Source: Chlorokybus atmophyticus | Taxonomy: Eukaryota; Plantae; Mesostigma and Chlorokybus algae | Direction: 5' to 3' | Assembly (NCBI GenBank): GCA_009103225.1 | Contig: RHPI01002533.1 | Coordinates: 1,555,186-1,619,185, forward strand | DNA: 64,000 nucleotides | Part shown: positions 16,613 to 30,407 of the stretch, in pieces | Numbering within the stretch: position 1 is the stretch's first letter | Layout: each line of letters begins with the position of its first letter | Made by a program: the position numbers and the translations under genes | Notes under the pieces: generated by a model | Database searches by the model: none | Told to the model about the DNA's origin: nothing | What the model saw: the letters and a program-made list of their open reading frames with translations, nothing else

Positions 16613-19159
16613 ATGTCTAGTGTGTACACTCTTGAGCCCCCCACCAAGGGCAAGGTGGTGATGGCCACGACTATGGGCGATATCGACATTGAGCTTTGGG
16701 CCAAAGAGGTGAGCTGCATTACTGACTGCCCTTCCCAACATTGTCAACATGCACGCATGCAAGGTGCTGTTGCTTTGACAATCTGTGAGCGTTCGTTTGC
16801 GTGGTTACAGCTGTATAGCAGTCCTGCCCAGCAAGTCCCACTCATCATGCATGCGGTAAGGTCGCACTTGACCTGTTCGATGCATTTTGCAGTGTCCGAA
16901 GGCGTGCCGAAACTTTGTCCAGCTGGCTTTGGAAGGCTACTATGATGGCGTCAGCTTCCATCGCGTCCTTCCCAACTTCTTGATTCAAGGAGGAGATCCG
17001 ACAGGTGCTGCATGCTGCATCAAAGCTGATGACAACATCGGTAAAACATGTGACGCATTATACTGAACTGCCTGCATGCATGTAGGTACTGGGAAAGGAG
17101 GTGACACTATTTACGGCGCTCCATTTACTGATGAAGTGCACACGCGCCTGCGCTTCACGCACAGAGGCATTGTAGCATGCGCCAATGCCGGCACGCCAAA
17201 CACCAACAACGCACAGTTTTTCATCACGTTGGACAAGTGAGTGATGAATATTGTCTCATGCTGCTGTTGGTTAGTAGTACCAAACTCATTGCTTTGTGAC
17301 TTCAGATGCGATTGGCTGGACAAGAAGCATACTATCTTTGGGAAGGTGACTGGCGACACTATATACAATGTCACGAGTATTGGCGAGCTTGAAACAGATG
17401 CGGACGACAGGCCGCTTGAACCACCGATCATCAAATCTATAGACGTCATCTGGAACCCATTTGATGACATGGTGCCGAGGGAAGGCTACTGGGCCAACTT
17501 GCGTAAGGCTGCTGAAGATAAGGTGGAGGAGCAGGTGGTCAAGGTCAACAGAAAGAAGGAGAAAAAGAACTTGAGTCTGCTGTCTTTTGGCGAAGAAGCG
17601 CAGGTCGGCCCAACCTTGCATGGCTGTCACTCTGCGCATGTATCTACAATGATTGTGCCATTGTACATCTGATGTTGCTGATGTGAACATGCTCAGCTCG
17701 TAGCACAGCACACAGTTCATTGCCTTGTGCATGCGCGCAGGATACTCTTGGCGGTTTTATGTTATTGCAGATTGCATTGCCTGCAACAGCTTCTGCTTGA
17801 CAGGAAGAGGAGGAATTTGTGACTGCAAAGAAGTCCAAAATCAGAGCGAGCCATGATGTGCTGAACGACCCGCGTTTGGTGGCTGAGGTTCCCGCTGAAC
17901 AGCGTGAGCAAGAAGAGCAAGAGAAAACCCGGCGGCAGGCTCTGAAGGAGTCTGTGAAGCGCGCGTTAACAGGTGCGCGCTTCAACTATTGTGCCTAGTG
18001 TGATTGCATCTTTCAGTACTTCTGCTACATTTCTCATTGCGCTGTCATTTCTGGTTGGCTGTCGTCTGCTACACAGCTACTCGAGAAGATGATGCTGAGG
18101 ACAATGATGCTGAAGACGAGGGTGGCTTTGATGCAATGATGCGCAAACAGCTTATGGAGAAGCGGCAGAAGTTGAGTGAGGCCGGCAAGATACAGGCTGA
18201 GAAGAAAAGGCCTGTTGCACGAGGTGAGGACTGTGTTTATCTTATCTATTGCAGTTCACGGTACAGCTGCATTGTTACAGCTGCATGGCACTGCCATCGC
18301 GTGTTGTTAGGAAATTACTGTTCCTTTGTAACTGCGACAGTGCACTGCCATTGTGTACCTGGTACAATCTTCGTACTCAACTGGATTGATGGGCATTGAT
18401 ATGGGCAGATGCTCCAAGGAGGAGAGCAGATACGGATGAGGACGAGGACGAGGACACTGATGGCAAAGAGAAGAGGGAGAGAAAGGAGCCTTTGCGCTTG
18501 AAACAGACAGGCAGAGGTGCAAAGGGTGCGGAGATGGACAACTTGCTAACTCCCGCTGAGCAGATGAGGCTGAAGTACAAGCAGAACAAAAAGAGTCGGG
18601 CGGAGCGAGAAGCACAGGTCAGTCATTGACACAATCTGTCTGGCCTGAGTGTTGTGCTCAATATGGTGCACAACTCATTGTATGCCTGATGTGGGTTTCA
18701 ACACAACCCATTGAGGCAAGATAGAGTCAGATTGAGGGCTGGCAACACTAAAGTTCCTTCCACTGTGCAGACTCTTGAGCGCTTGAACAAATTTGCCGGT
18801 AGTTTGAAGGCGAAGTCTGTCAACGAGTCCGCAGCTGTGACAACCACCAAGAAAGACGACGAGGATGAGAATGATGATGCCTGGCGCACTCACAATCTGA
18901 AGTTTGCTAAGGACGCATCAAGAAAGGTAAGGAGACTGATGTGCTTCATGCGTGATGTTTCCTGTATGTGCACTTGGCAAAGTGGCAAACTGAATGCTAT
19001 CGATTGCAGGACGACATGGCTCGCAACGACGATGTTGGTCAGTATGTTGTTCTCGACCCTCTTCTTGAGAAGGGCAAAAGCAAGTTTAACAAGCAGGATG
19101 CACTTCGCATGAAGCGCAACAGTGAGTGGGCTATCAAGGCTCAGAAGCCTGTGGATTAA
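16613..19159 (+). CDS. CWC27: Spliceosome-associated cyclophilin CWC27 (CYP57-like), 9 exons
   Basis: Exons 16613-16708, 16893-17004, 17086-17236, 17306-17603, 17804-17972, 18077-18223, 18409-18617, 18771-18926 and 19010-19159. [15 protein letters not shown] start, cyclophilin core [39 protein letters not shown], and a charged C-terminus. Confidence 0.95.
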
Positions 19160-19886
19160 AGTCCTGTTCACTCGTGTTGTCTGCAAGTCATGCCTGATAG
19201 GATGTGTTGCACTGGCCACCCTTGTTTGAGTATGTCTGTCCAAGCTGCCATGGCCTATTGCCCGTCACAACAATCTTGTCAAATGTACCATAGATGCAAG
19301 GGCATAACTGTAATGACCAGTCTCCGTGACATGCCAGTTGGCCAGCAAACGCTCTCAACTGTTTGAGGCTGTCAGCTTTGTTGTAGCAAGAATAACGAGG
19401 AGTGACCCAACAGTAGCGGGGGTTCAGCTGGACTCCTGTTGCCGATGTTGGACAGACTCTATTATCATAGACACGTACATGTTGGCTGGACAGATCTGCC
19501 ACATGCGCGTCACCTCCTGGAAGCTGTGTGCATTGGCACAGAGCGTGTGAGAATGCAGCAGTCGGTGCAGTGCTTCACTGTTGTGCCCGGACTGACCTTA
19601 TGTGCTTTGTCAGATGCCGTCTTCACCAGTTGGTTTCACATATGTGTGACATGTGTACCAGTGACAGCGTCGATTCTAAGCTGTTTTCGTAATGGTGACA
19701 TGGGAGACTGTATGTGCGCGAATGCGGTGTTCCTCCTGGTGCTTTCAAGAAGCAAAGATATTGAGCATCATGGCACTGACAGATACAGCAGCATGCCTTG
19801 TGAAAGGCAGCTGTGCAATGGTATACACAACAGAAATGGAGAATGCGTATCTACATGGTAACTGTGGTTGTGTTCTAGAATAAAAG

Positions 19887-22457
19887 CTAGTCTGAGGGTG
19901 GCAAGTTGGCAGCCTCTTCATCCTGAGTGCTGCTGCGCTGGTCTTGAGCTGGATGATACGCCGAACCAGCACCAGAGTCAGTGCGCCTGAATGATAGGCT
20001 CTTTGTTGTTACAAACCCGGGCAGCCTCGAAATGGCGTCAGCTGCATAGAAGCAATAATGCTTCATACTGAATATGCTAACGGCGAAAGCTGCGGCCCAT
20101 ATCGACAACCGCACCCACCTGATGCCGACTTCCAGCTGCAGCAGCAACCAGACAAACGTTTCAGCACAGCAGTTCAGGTGAGGGTATCAGACTGAAGTAC
20201 AGTATGTACGATGCTATAGAGGCATTGAACATAAATTGACATAAATTGACATTTGGTACTCAGGGCACCAATGCAACCAGTTGATGAGAAAGGGCCATAC
20301 TCCGAACATCAAGCTGCATCAACAGCAAGCTTACTGGTGACTGGAGAGTTCTGGCAATCTTGGGCAGCCTATGCGCTACAGCCTGTTGGATGCGCCAGCT
20401 GGCTTCCACTGCACACAGTGTCAGGATGGCGCCTGCAATCGCTCTCAGCCGTGCCGCCATGATGCGCCTGCGCAGCAGCTGCAACTGCTCTTTTGCCTGC
20501 CCCGTGTCTGTGAGTTGCAAGGCGGCTTCTGAAGCCGCCAGGGACTCGGCATCGAGAAGAATCCTCCTTGCCAAAAAGACGGCTGCAATGTCCAGCTTGG
20601 CCACGCGTGCTAGCAGCCAGTTGAAAACGGACATCAGCATGCCCTTTGCGGTGGGCGGCGCAGCGGCTCGCGCATCATTGAAGTCAGTGCGGAGAAGAGT
20701 GATCTCTTCTCGCAGCCCTGTGGCCGTGTTCATGGCGCCACGCAGCTCAGCCAGCGCATCCTCCAGCATTGGTAGCCGTCTCTGCTCCATGTCAACAATC
20801 CGCTCCGCAGCATTCGATAGAGCTTCTCGCAATGCAGCACCTGTTAAGAACAAAGCAGCTACTCAGTGAACCACGCAGCATGTCCATGTGATACGCTGCG
20901 TGTCAATGGGCCGCATAGCGGAGAAGACAGTACTTCCCACACAACCGACCACCATGCAACGCACACAACACAAGCATTGTCTCACCAGCACTTTCGAGTC
21001 GCCGCAAGCGCGAGGCATCTTCTTGCGACATAGTCTTCATATCCGTCACGTTGGCCTTAAGGGCGCCCAAAACCTCGCGCTGAGGCATGCATTCTCGCAG
21101 AGCACGCTCTAAGGCAGTGCGCTGCCCTAGCAAGTATGACGCCACATCCACGTTGCCGGGCACAGCGGAGAGCGCCTGCATGTCGGACTCAGGCATGCTG
21201 TTCTCCGAGTTGCCGACGTGGTGCAAGTCACTACCATAGCCCTGGCTTGGGACCATACGTGATCCGCGTCGGCCCAGGGTGAACGCTGATGATCCGGAGG
21301 ATTGAGGAGAGTCTTGACACGCGGCATCGCTTGGAGCGGATGACACTGCCGCCGCCCGCTGCGGCCTTGGCAACTGTGGCTGCGGAGAAGATGGGGGCAT
21401 ATCTACAAGGTGCGAACGCTGCGACTGTTTGGAGGAGGTCGTGTGGTTGGACTGTCTGCGATGATGCTCATGAATGAAAGGCTCCTGCACAGCATCGCCA
21501 AGCTTGGCTTCAAGCGAGGCAAAGGGAGGGTATGCGTGCATGTAAGCGTAATCGTTAGTGACCTGAATACCTCTGAAGGCGCTGGAGGAGGAGGTGAGGG
21601 TGGCACAGCACTGTACGCCTTTGCTGAGGGGGCTACATGCTGGTGACGGCAACAGTATAAGCAGATGTCAGAAGTTGCTGTGTGTTGCAATTTGCATTCG
21701 AAAGCATCGAACAGAAGAACACATGCAAACTAGGCTACTCATGCACTGTACGTATCTAGACAGACGTGCGCATGCCGAACTGTAGCTGTGTTGACAATGG
21801 ACCGCAAGAACAGAATCCTTTACTACTTACACTCCTCGCCTCTGTTGAAAACGGAAACAGCACTACCACGGTGTCCCTGAAATATAATCACACTGCCGTT
21901 GACAAGTGTATGTATGTGCGGCATTGTACGCGTTCCAGGGGGCACAATGCGTACGAACACTGCTGTTGAAACATATGTGTGTGGCAGTGTACGCATTCCA
22001 AGGAGGCTCCATGCGTACGAACAGCCTTCTAGCAAACAACAGTCGCCAACTTCCTGTACTCCTCAATGTTGGATTGCTGATCAACATACAACCAAAAAGC
22101 AATCACAAGCTGGCTTTGTGCAATATAGTGTAAGTTTGTACTTATGCATAAATTTTGCAAAAGAGAACGACTGACGGACTCCTCTAACTTGACGTGAACC
22201 GCAGCCTTATGTAAATACTTTCTCACCAGTCCACCCACCTCTCGATAGTGTCTCGCATTGCTGGCATCCGCTCCAATTCCTACAGCGGCATCCAAGGGTG
22301 CTGGAGGAGCAGCATGCCGCGGTGCAGTAGCTGTGGAAGAGGCGGCCACAGCTCCGCTGTCCCAAAAGAACCTCCCACTGTGCGGTGCAGCCTGCTGCTG
22401 GTAACTTTCCTTGTCCTGGTCCGCACTCGTCGCAGCATCCGTACGCTCATAAGCCAT
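19887..22457 (-). CDS. Uncharacterised multi-exon coiled-coil/membrane protein
   Basis: Coding-like exons in ORFs 22457-22239, ~21650-20960, ~20840-20330 and ~20140-19887 with GT-AG borders. Low-complexity N-half, coiled-coil (ALERALRECM...LEDALAELRG) and hydrophobic C-terminal helices. Internal exon borders only partly resolved. Confidence 0.65.
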
Positions 22458-22545
22458 TCCCGACCTCTCCGCCACCGGCTCAGCTCACCAGCGCTCCAAC
22501 CCAACCATGTCACCCACGGCCACACCCACGTCCCCCAGCAGCGCC

Positions 22546-22959
22546 GGGTTAGGGTTTCGCAGCTGCCAGGTGTCACGCTTACAATCAACGCCTCGAAAAA
22601 GCCGTTCGGCGAAAGTACAAACCATTGCATTGGCTGATATCGCAATGCTGTCGCGTATATCGATAGTCTTGAAGTCTAACAGAGTATGTTGGCTACCGAC
22701 CGTCCGATCGCCTTGGCTGTGTCTTGTGCCGTGTGATACGGATGAGAGCACAACCTCGGTCAGTTTCAGAGGCGCAGAGGCGACCGCGCGTCCGTCGTGG
22801 CCTGGGGAGCAAACCCTAGGCGCCATGTGGGACATGAGAGTAGGAATTTGAGGAGTCTTTGTGACTTAACACCCACATTGAGGAGGTAGTTCATGCAAGT
22901 ATCTTGACTGAGGGCTGTTGGGTGAGGCGTCAAATCGGAACGGAGTCCAATTAGGGTTT
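22546..22959. promoter_or_regulatory. Three telo-boxes (AAACCCTA/TAGGGTTT) upstream of RPL6 in a divergent promoter
   Basis: Motifs at 22550-22557, 22811-22818 and 22952-22959. Telo-boxes are established cis-elements of plant ribosomal-protein genes. Confidence 0.55.
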
Positions 22960-23071
22960 GCCTTGGGTTTGGGGTGTGGTCGGCGTTGGCGGCGGCGGCG
23001 GCCGGGTTGGCGGCAGGGGCGTCGCGGGAGCAGGGGAGTGGCGTGTTGGAGGTGCTGGAGAAAGCGCCAAA

Positions 23072-24143
23072 ATGCAGGCGCTCAGCAGCAGTTTCTGCGG
23101 GGAGGCGGTGCGGGTGGCCACCGCCGCCTCTCCCAGCAGCACATCCCAGCAGCAGCCGCAGCGGCTACCCACCCGATGTGGAGAATCCCGCATTGGCAAG
23201 ATGCCTGTGGTCATCCCCAAGGGTGTCACCACCGCCGCCAGCGGTCAGACCCTCACCGTCAAGGGCCCCCTCGGCGAGCTCAGCCGCACCTTCCCTGACC
23301 TTATCAGCATTGTGGTTGAATCCGACGCCATCAAAGTGACCAAGAAGACGGAAAACCGGAAATCGCGCGAGCTTCATGGCCTTTGCAGGTGGGAATTGCC
23401 TTATTCGCATCGCATTTGAAATTGCATTGTTAGACTGCTGTTCTCAAGCATCGTGCCCGATGAAATGGTAATTGCGCAATATGGGGCTGGGGTGCTCATT
23501 TTGGTCATGTTGCAGTGTCAAATTATGCAGATTGTGCCTGGCTCGACTCATCTCTGTGCTGATGTAACATGCATTGCAGCATGGGCACTATTTGTATTTG
23601 TGACTATTCTTGCATTACTATATGTTGTTGCGCTGTGAGTAGTAGACTGTAATGTAAATGCGCGTATCAGCAATGCAGACTGAAAGGAGTTGCATGGTTT
23701 CAAGATAAACTCATGCCGAACTGAGGCTAGCACTGTTGCCAAGATAGTCTGACCCTTGTGCTAGGCCTCGGTCATGTGCTGATTCTCCATTCTCATCAAA
23801 CAGGACTCTCGCATCTAACATGGTCAACGGTGTTGCTACGGGCTGGACAAAGAAGCTGGTGATGACTGGAGTGGGGTACAGAGCTTCCGTGCAGGGCACT
23901 GAGCTAGTGATGAACCTTGGTTACAGCCATCCCATCAAGATGACACCCCCGTCCGGCGTGAGCGTCAAGGTGGAGGACAATGTCAACGTCTTCGTGACTG
24001 GCCGCGATCGCGAGGTCGTGGGCAATTTTGCTGCAATCATTAGGTCGAAACGACCTCCAGAACCCTACAAGGGCAAGGGCGTTGCATACTCGGACGAGAA
24101 GATCCTGCGCAAGGAAGGCAAGACTGGCAAGGGCAAGAAGTAG
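23072..24143 (+). CDS. RPL6: Plastid 50S ribosomal protein L6 with transit peptide, 2 exons
   Basis: Exons 23072-23388 and 23804-24143. [11 protein letters not shown]...GPLGEL, GVGYRA, LGYSHP and [11 protein letters not shown] are uL6 signatures. Confidence 0.96.
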
Positions 24144-25481
24144 GCGTAGCTGGTTTCATTGATGGGTTAATATCTATATATATTGCAGTTGGCTGCGAGT
24201 GGGGCATGGTGTTTTGTTCTTTATGTTTCACAGCAATATGTTGTGCGCGCGGCTTGGTCAAAGGACTTCCGGCCATCTGTGCCATTTGTGACATCGGCAG
24301 TGTCATGGTAGAGCACCAAATTGTTGCTGCTACAATTAGGAATGGTTTGAGTTGTGACATGTAACACCTGTTGACGCATGGCACAGCATGTTCATATTTG
24401 CATGGCATTGTGTTGATGCAAATAACACGCCAAGCCATACTCAATTTGGTACTGTAATTGCACCAGTGGAAACATCTGCTTGCTAATTGTGGTATGGTAT
24501 GGCATACTGGCGTGTATAATGCACTGCATATTCATTGCAGTAGGGTGTATGATATAGTATGCAAGGATTGTGGCATGCATGAGAATTCAGCAAACATGCA
24601 TGCCGTTCGCACACTACACCATCGCACTGTTATAGTCACCACCGGGATGTCCATGCTCACTACTTATCTACCTTCACTACTGCCCATACCCCGTGCAACA
24701 CACATGGTGTATGTGACTGTGTTTGCATGCTGGTTGGTATGCTATGCTGTTGTGACGTCATGCATGTCGCCAATTGTCTCGCGCATATCCTGTACATGCA
24801 TGCACGTGTAGTTACCTGTACAACACGACCAGGTGTACGCACTGGCGTCAACCTCCTAGTAACGAAGGCATATGATCTCAAGGTAATTCCAACGCCTTGT
24901 TTTCAAAATACTTAAGCATCCGGGAGAATTGTAAACATACAGCAACAAGCATGGGTGTTTGTTGCTGTGTGATTGCATGCAAAAGGTCATAAGATATTGG
25001 GATGCATGCCAATGCTAACGAAATCCTATAGCGCAGCGCCATATTGAGGCTGCAGTCGGCAGCAGTGGGAGGTGGCATGCACATTGGGTTGCTGCCATGG
25101 CTGTTAACACTGCCACTGCATGGCCGCAGACCACAGGCGCATGCGCAGGAAAAAGGCTGCAGTGAATGCATGCATGCATGACAAATGGAGGGCGGTTAGG
25201 GAAGGGTAAAGGGTAGAGCTAGCCCACTGGTCGTGTAGGTGACATAAAGATGAGGGTGTTGTGCTGTATGCAGTGCACTGCGCGCGAATATATGTGCACA
25301 ACAGCACTTCGCATATTCTGTACACATGAAGCTGCACTCAAGCTGAGCTTTCACCAGGATTTGCAGCATTATAAATTAAGCTGACTATACTAGCAGCTGC
25401 GGCATTCACTGATTGCCACAACTGCAAAACTAGGTGCGCGTCTGAACAGGTGTTAACACGTGTAAAAAGGGGACACTAGCA

Positions 25482-28400
25482 CTAAACGGCTGCAGGCACC
25501 TTGCCTTGGGCGGGAGCAGCTGGTGCGGGCGAGGAAGAGGCTTCCTCCAGCGTGCGACGCTTTGAAATCATCAAATAGGCCTCCACGACATCACCCTCCT
25601 TCCATTCGCTGAAGTTGTCGCTGCTTATGCCACACTCCAGACCTGCAGACACCTCCTTGACAGACTCCTTGCCTCGTCTCAGGGAGTCGAGCACGCCATC
25701 GTATACTTGCTTGCCATTGCGCATGACAGTAATCCTGCAGTTGCGCTGCAGCTTGCCGCTCGTGATCATGCAACCGGCAACGGTGCGGCTTCCAGCCCCA
25801 AACAGCGCCCGCACCTCGGCCTGGCCTAAGACCTGGCGCTCCTGGAAGGGCTCAAGCATGCCCTCCATAGCGGCGCGCACATCATCCACGAGGCGGTAGA
25901 TCACATCATACGACCTGATCTCAACACCCTTGCTTTCGGCGCTGTTGCTAACGGAGGACCCTGCCGAGACGCCAAACCCAAGCACAACGGCATTGCTGGC
26001 AGCCGCAAGGTCCACGTCACTGTCGCTGATGTCGCCGGCTGCAGCCATGAGGAACCTCAGCGACACCTTGTCTTGCGGCAACACTTGCAGCGCGGACCGG
26101 ACGGCCTCAGCGCTGCCGGACATGTCCACCTTCAGCACCACATTCAGCACGCGATAGCCCTCTGAGTCGGCGTCCGCACTGTCGGCCAGGTTGGCAAGTG
26201 TGACCTTCCCGCCCTGGGTGAGGGTCTTCAAACGCTCTTGTCTCAGAAGAGTTGCCGTTGCCTCAGCCGTCTCGCGCGCAACCTTCTCATTAACAGACAC
26301 CTCGAACTCGTCCCCAGCCAGGGGCACGCCACTCAGCCCGGCCACAAGAACCGGCATGGACGGACCCGCAGCTTCCAATGGCTCGCGCCTGTCATCCACC
26401 AACGTGCGAATCTTTCCGTGTACTTCACCGCACAGCATGGCATCACCCAAGCGCAGGGTGCCGTTTTGCACGATCACTGTGGCGACCGGGCCCAAAGACT
26501 TGTCTAAATGGGCCTCAATGACCGTGCCGCGGGCGCGTGTATCGGGGTTGGCTTGCAGCTCCCCGATCTCAGCCACGAGCATGATTGTCTCCAACAGCGT
26601 GTCCACACTCTCACCAGTAAGGGCGCTCACAGGCACCATCGGCGTGTCACCACCCCACTCTTCCGGCAGCAGCCCCAGCTCAGACAGCTCTTGCATGACG
26701 CGCTCGCGGTTGGCACCGACCTTGTCAACCTTGTTAATGGCGATGATGATGGGCACGCCCGCCGCCTTTGCATGTGAGATGGCCTCCTGAGTCTGCGGCC
26801 TCACGCCATCGTCAGCCGCAACCACGACCACGGCAATGTCTGTGACCTTTGCACCGCGTGCTCGCATCGCGCTGAAGGCCTGATGCCCTGGCGTGTCGAG
26901 GAACACAATAGTTGCGGGGCTTCCCTGCATTTCCGTCTCCACACGATACGCGCCAATGCCCTGTGTGATGCCGCCAGCCTCTCCTTGCGCAACCTGTCAG
27001 GTGCAACCTCATGAGCAAGCTGAGAACATAAATGTGTGATGTAAACAATAACCACATAATGCAATGCATGCGGTTCTACAACAGCAATCTCTGCACACAC
27101 AGACCAGCAACCAACAATGTGTAAACATTTTGATAGGGCGTACCTTTGCGCTTCTAATGTAGTCAAGAAGGCTCGTCTGCAAGCAGAAAAAAGAGTGTGT
27201 CAGTAGGAACGCATGCTGCAGCAAAAGTCTAATGATGCTAGTCAGACCATCGTGATAGCAATTGTTAATATAGAGTGTCGCGCACACAGCCCACCTTTCC
27301 ATGGTCGACATGTCCCATGATGGTCACCACCGGCGGACGGCTTTGCAGATGCTCCAAATCGTAGTCATCCATAAACTCCGTCTTCTTAGCAAGATCTGTC
27401 CTTTCTTCAACAACCTCACACTGAAACAAATGATGCAAATGAGATCAATGACTCCTGGCGCGCCGCACACATTAACACTAACAACTGTATCATACCTCCA
27501 GTTCAAAAGCTGCAGCAACAGTTTTGACAGCGTCCACACTGAGAACTTGGTTCATGGTAGCCATGATGCCCTTCATGAACAGAGTTTTGACGACCTCAGC
27601 CTCTGGAACAGCGAGCTGGCTGGAGAGGTCCGTGACCGTCAAACCGTCATGTGTGGTCTCAATGAAATCAACACGCACGGGGGCTTCCGACAACGCCTTT
27701 GCAGCTCGTTCCTTGCGACTACGCGCCCTGGCTGCAGCATCTGCGCACAGAATTGCATGCAGTTACCAACTGTACAACCCTCACTTGGATGTTGGCCAAC
27801 GGCGTGCATGCTTATGACAGCTGCCAAGTGAGCATGTAATCTCCTTACTTCGAAGTTTGCCGCCAGCTTGATCTGGGAGCCCTTCCGCCTTGCGCCGCCT
27901 CAGTCCATCAAAGTCATCACCATCCTTCTCCTTCTTCCACTTGGTTTCGCCCTTTTTCAAAGGCGCCCTTTGCCGCATGGGAGCTCCTGGCTGCGGTGCC
28001 TTTGACGGCGCATTGGACACATCCACAGCAGAGTTTGTTTTCAACCTGTCATCACAACACAGCACAAACGCTCTTGTTACCTGCTGCCAGCGACTTGAGA
28101 GAAATAACTGCTCATGCGTAGAACCTTGATGCGAGCAATTCACAAATAGAGCATGACAGAAGAAGAAGATTGCGCTCGACAAGCTCAACAGTGAGGCGTT
28201 GGGTGATGACATTGACAGCAACTGCCTTCTCAAGTATTGCTGGAATTGATATGACCTTGGTAATGATAAATCTTGCACTGCAACTTGCAATTGCCAGCAG
28301 CAACTCAGCCAACCTACATGCAACCTACATGCAAAGTTTCTGATCTGAGCCATACCAGCAAACTCAGTTGCGTCGCCAAACTGCTGTGCAATTACACATA

Positions 28401-29179
28401 GTGGCTATTGCATGCACTCGATGCGCCATATATTCGGGGGTGCACTTGATTGCATGCACGACCTACCTTCTTTCCGTCTTGCCAGAGCTGCTGGTGTAAG
28501 TTTCCCACATGGAGCCCTTGGCTGGTCGGTCCTCTTCCGCCTTGCGCACCACCATGGCGGGGCGAGGAGTGAGACTGAGAGGTGTCGACCTAGGGTTGAA
28601 TGAGCCATTGCTGCTGCCATTGGCGTCAGCATGGCCATTGCTGGAGGGGGGTCTGAGCTCAAAGCGAGGGCGGTCACTTGCGCCAGTTGCGCCATTGCCG
28701 TTTGGAAAAGCTGCCGGCCTGCTTTGCTGCTGATCTGGTCGCTCAAAGCGAGGGCTTGGCCTGGCCGACCTGTCGGCCGGGGTGAAAGGAGGGCGCTGGC
28801 CGTTGTTGTCTCTCTCAGGAGCAGCAGGAGCAGGCGATCCAGCTGTCCGTGGCTGGAGCTTGAACGCTGACTTAGGCGCCGCGCTGACAGGTGGCCTTTC
28901 CGCCGGCCGCTCAGGCCGCACAGGCCGGGCGTTGGCGCCGCCGTCGACGCCGTCCTCCGGCCGCCTGTCTGTGACGGCGGCCGACGATGACGATGGCGCC
29001 GACCCCTCCTCTGCCCTCACCGACAAAGGTGCCCTGAAACCTCCCCTAAACCCCACGCTTCCCCCACCACCCCTCAGCTCCCTCCCGGCGCCGCCCCGCA
29101 AGAACCCTGGCCTGGCGCTGCTAGCTTCCAGGAACGCTACAGCACCGGTAGCAGACCCAGCCGCCAATGGTACCACCAT
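25482..29179 (-). CDS. infB: Plastid translation initiation factor IF-2, 6 exons
   Basis: Exons 29179-28467, 28045-27849, 27740-27496, 27420-27295, 27176-27144 and 26993-25482. [28 protein letters not shown] and C-terminal ECG motifs. Long Pro/Arg-rich N-terminal extension. Confidence 0.96.
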
Positions 29180-29700
29180 TATGCGCACCACACCAAATTG
29201 CCGCAAAGGTAAACAATGACACCTCCCCGCCCAACACGATCGCCCACAACGCCGCCGACGCCGCCGCCTGCTGCACACTCTCGACCACCTGGCATGCGTA
29301 TAGCACAGGCGCGCGCACATACCCCGGTTAAAACACTAACCAAGAACTGACTTTGCCTTTTGCATAAACTCCTTCATGCAAGACAACGTCCAACAGAGCG
29401 CTGTACTTTTGTCAACTGCGCGGTTCATCATGAGTCGTGAGTCACACGTGACGAACTCTCCCGGTTAGCTTTCATGGTTGCTTGTGACGGCTGCGATGCT
29501 TCCACATAAAGCAAATCCAGAATCGACCGCGAACAATGGACTTGCTTTTCAACCAATCGTCAGGAAGCTAAATATCTAACAATGTCGATATCGTTGCGAC
29601 TAGATGTCGACAAGACCGCGCAAACCACGGATTTGAACGGCGACTGCAACGCTCCCAACGTGTGACAATTGCTGTTAGCTGCACATGGTGCATAGTGTGC

Positions 29701-29709
29701 AAACCCTAG
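29701..29709 (+). promoter_or_regulatory. Telo-box in IF-2/QCR9 divergent promoter
   Basis: AAACCCTAG 46 bp upstream of the QCR9 ATG. Confidence 0.45.
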
Positions 29710-29746
29710 CTGGGTCGGCCTGGCTGTGACGGCGGCGGCGGTGATA

Positions 29747-30407
29747 ATGTCGACGTACGAGCCCAAGGGGGGCGCCAGGTCCGGCCTGATGGAGACCGCT
29801 TACAAGACGCTCATGAAGCGGAACTCGGTGTATGTCGGCTTCATTGTCGTCGGTGCCCTGGTTGGCGAACGGGTAAGGGCTGGAATAGTGCGTTTGACTT
29901 GTAAAACATGGCCTGAGGGCTCTTGTGCCAGCGTCTGTGGCTTGATCAACCACCTCTGTTTATTGCAAACTTAGACGCCAATGTGATTGTTTGCAGGTTG
30001 TTGACTATGGCATCAACAAGTTCTGGACAATGCACAACAAGGGGGTGAGTTGACTCACATGTCTTTGACACACATGTGCGTGTTTTACCCTGTCATTTAC
30101 TTGGAGCTGTTGGATTTGCTGGTGTTCATAGCTCACAGTATCTTGATGAATATTGCTTGACTGTGCTGCTTGTCAGAATCACACATACTTGTGTGTATGG
30201 TCTAGAAATGTTGACCTTACAATACACAAACGGTGTTATATGTACTGCAGCTCACAGGGACCTCATCAGTTCAGCTAGCCATTAGGGCGCAGTCATTCCC
30301 AGTGTAGTTGGTTAACGGGTCATTCGGCGCCCTCATTCACAATGCTGCTGACTTTGCAGAAATTCTACGAAGACATTCCAACATTGGGCCAAAGACCAGC
30401 AGAATAA
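29747..30407 (+). CDS. QCR9: Mitochondrial cytochrome bc1 complex subunit 9, 3 exons
   Basis: Exons 29747-29872, 29997-30044 and 30360-30407 give YKTLMKRNSVYVGFIVVGALVGERVVDYGINKFWTMHNKGKFYEDIPTLGQRPAE, which matches plant QCR9. Confidence 0.95.

Noticed and set aside
22485-22835. ORF upstream of and in frame with the unknown gene
   Set aside because: Separated by TGA, lies in the telo-box-containing promoter, and has a non-protein-like translation. The ATG at 22457 is preferred.
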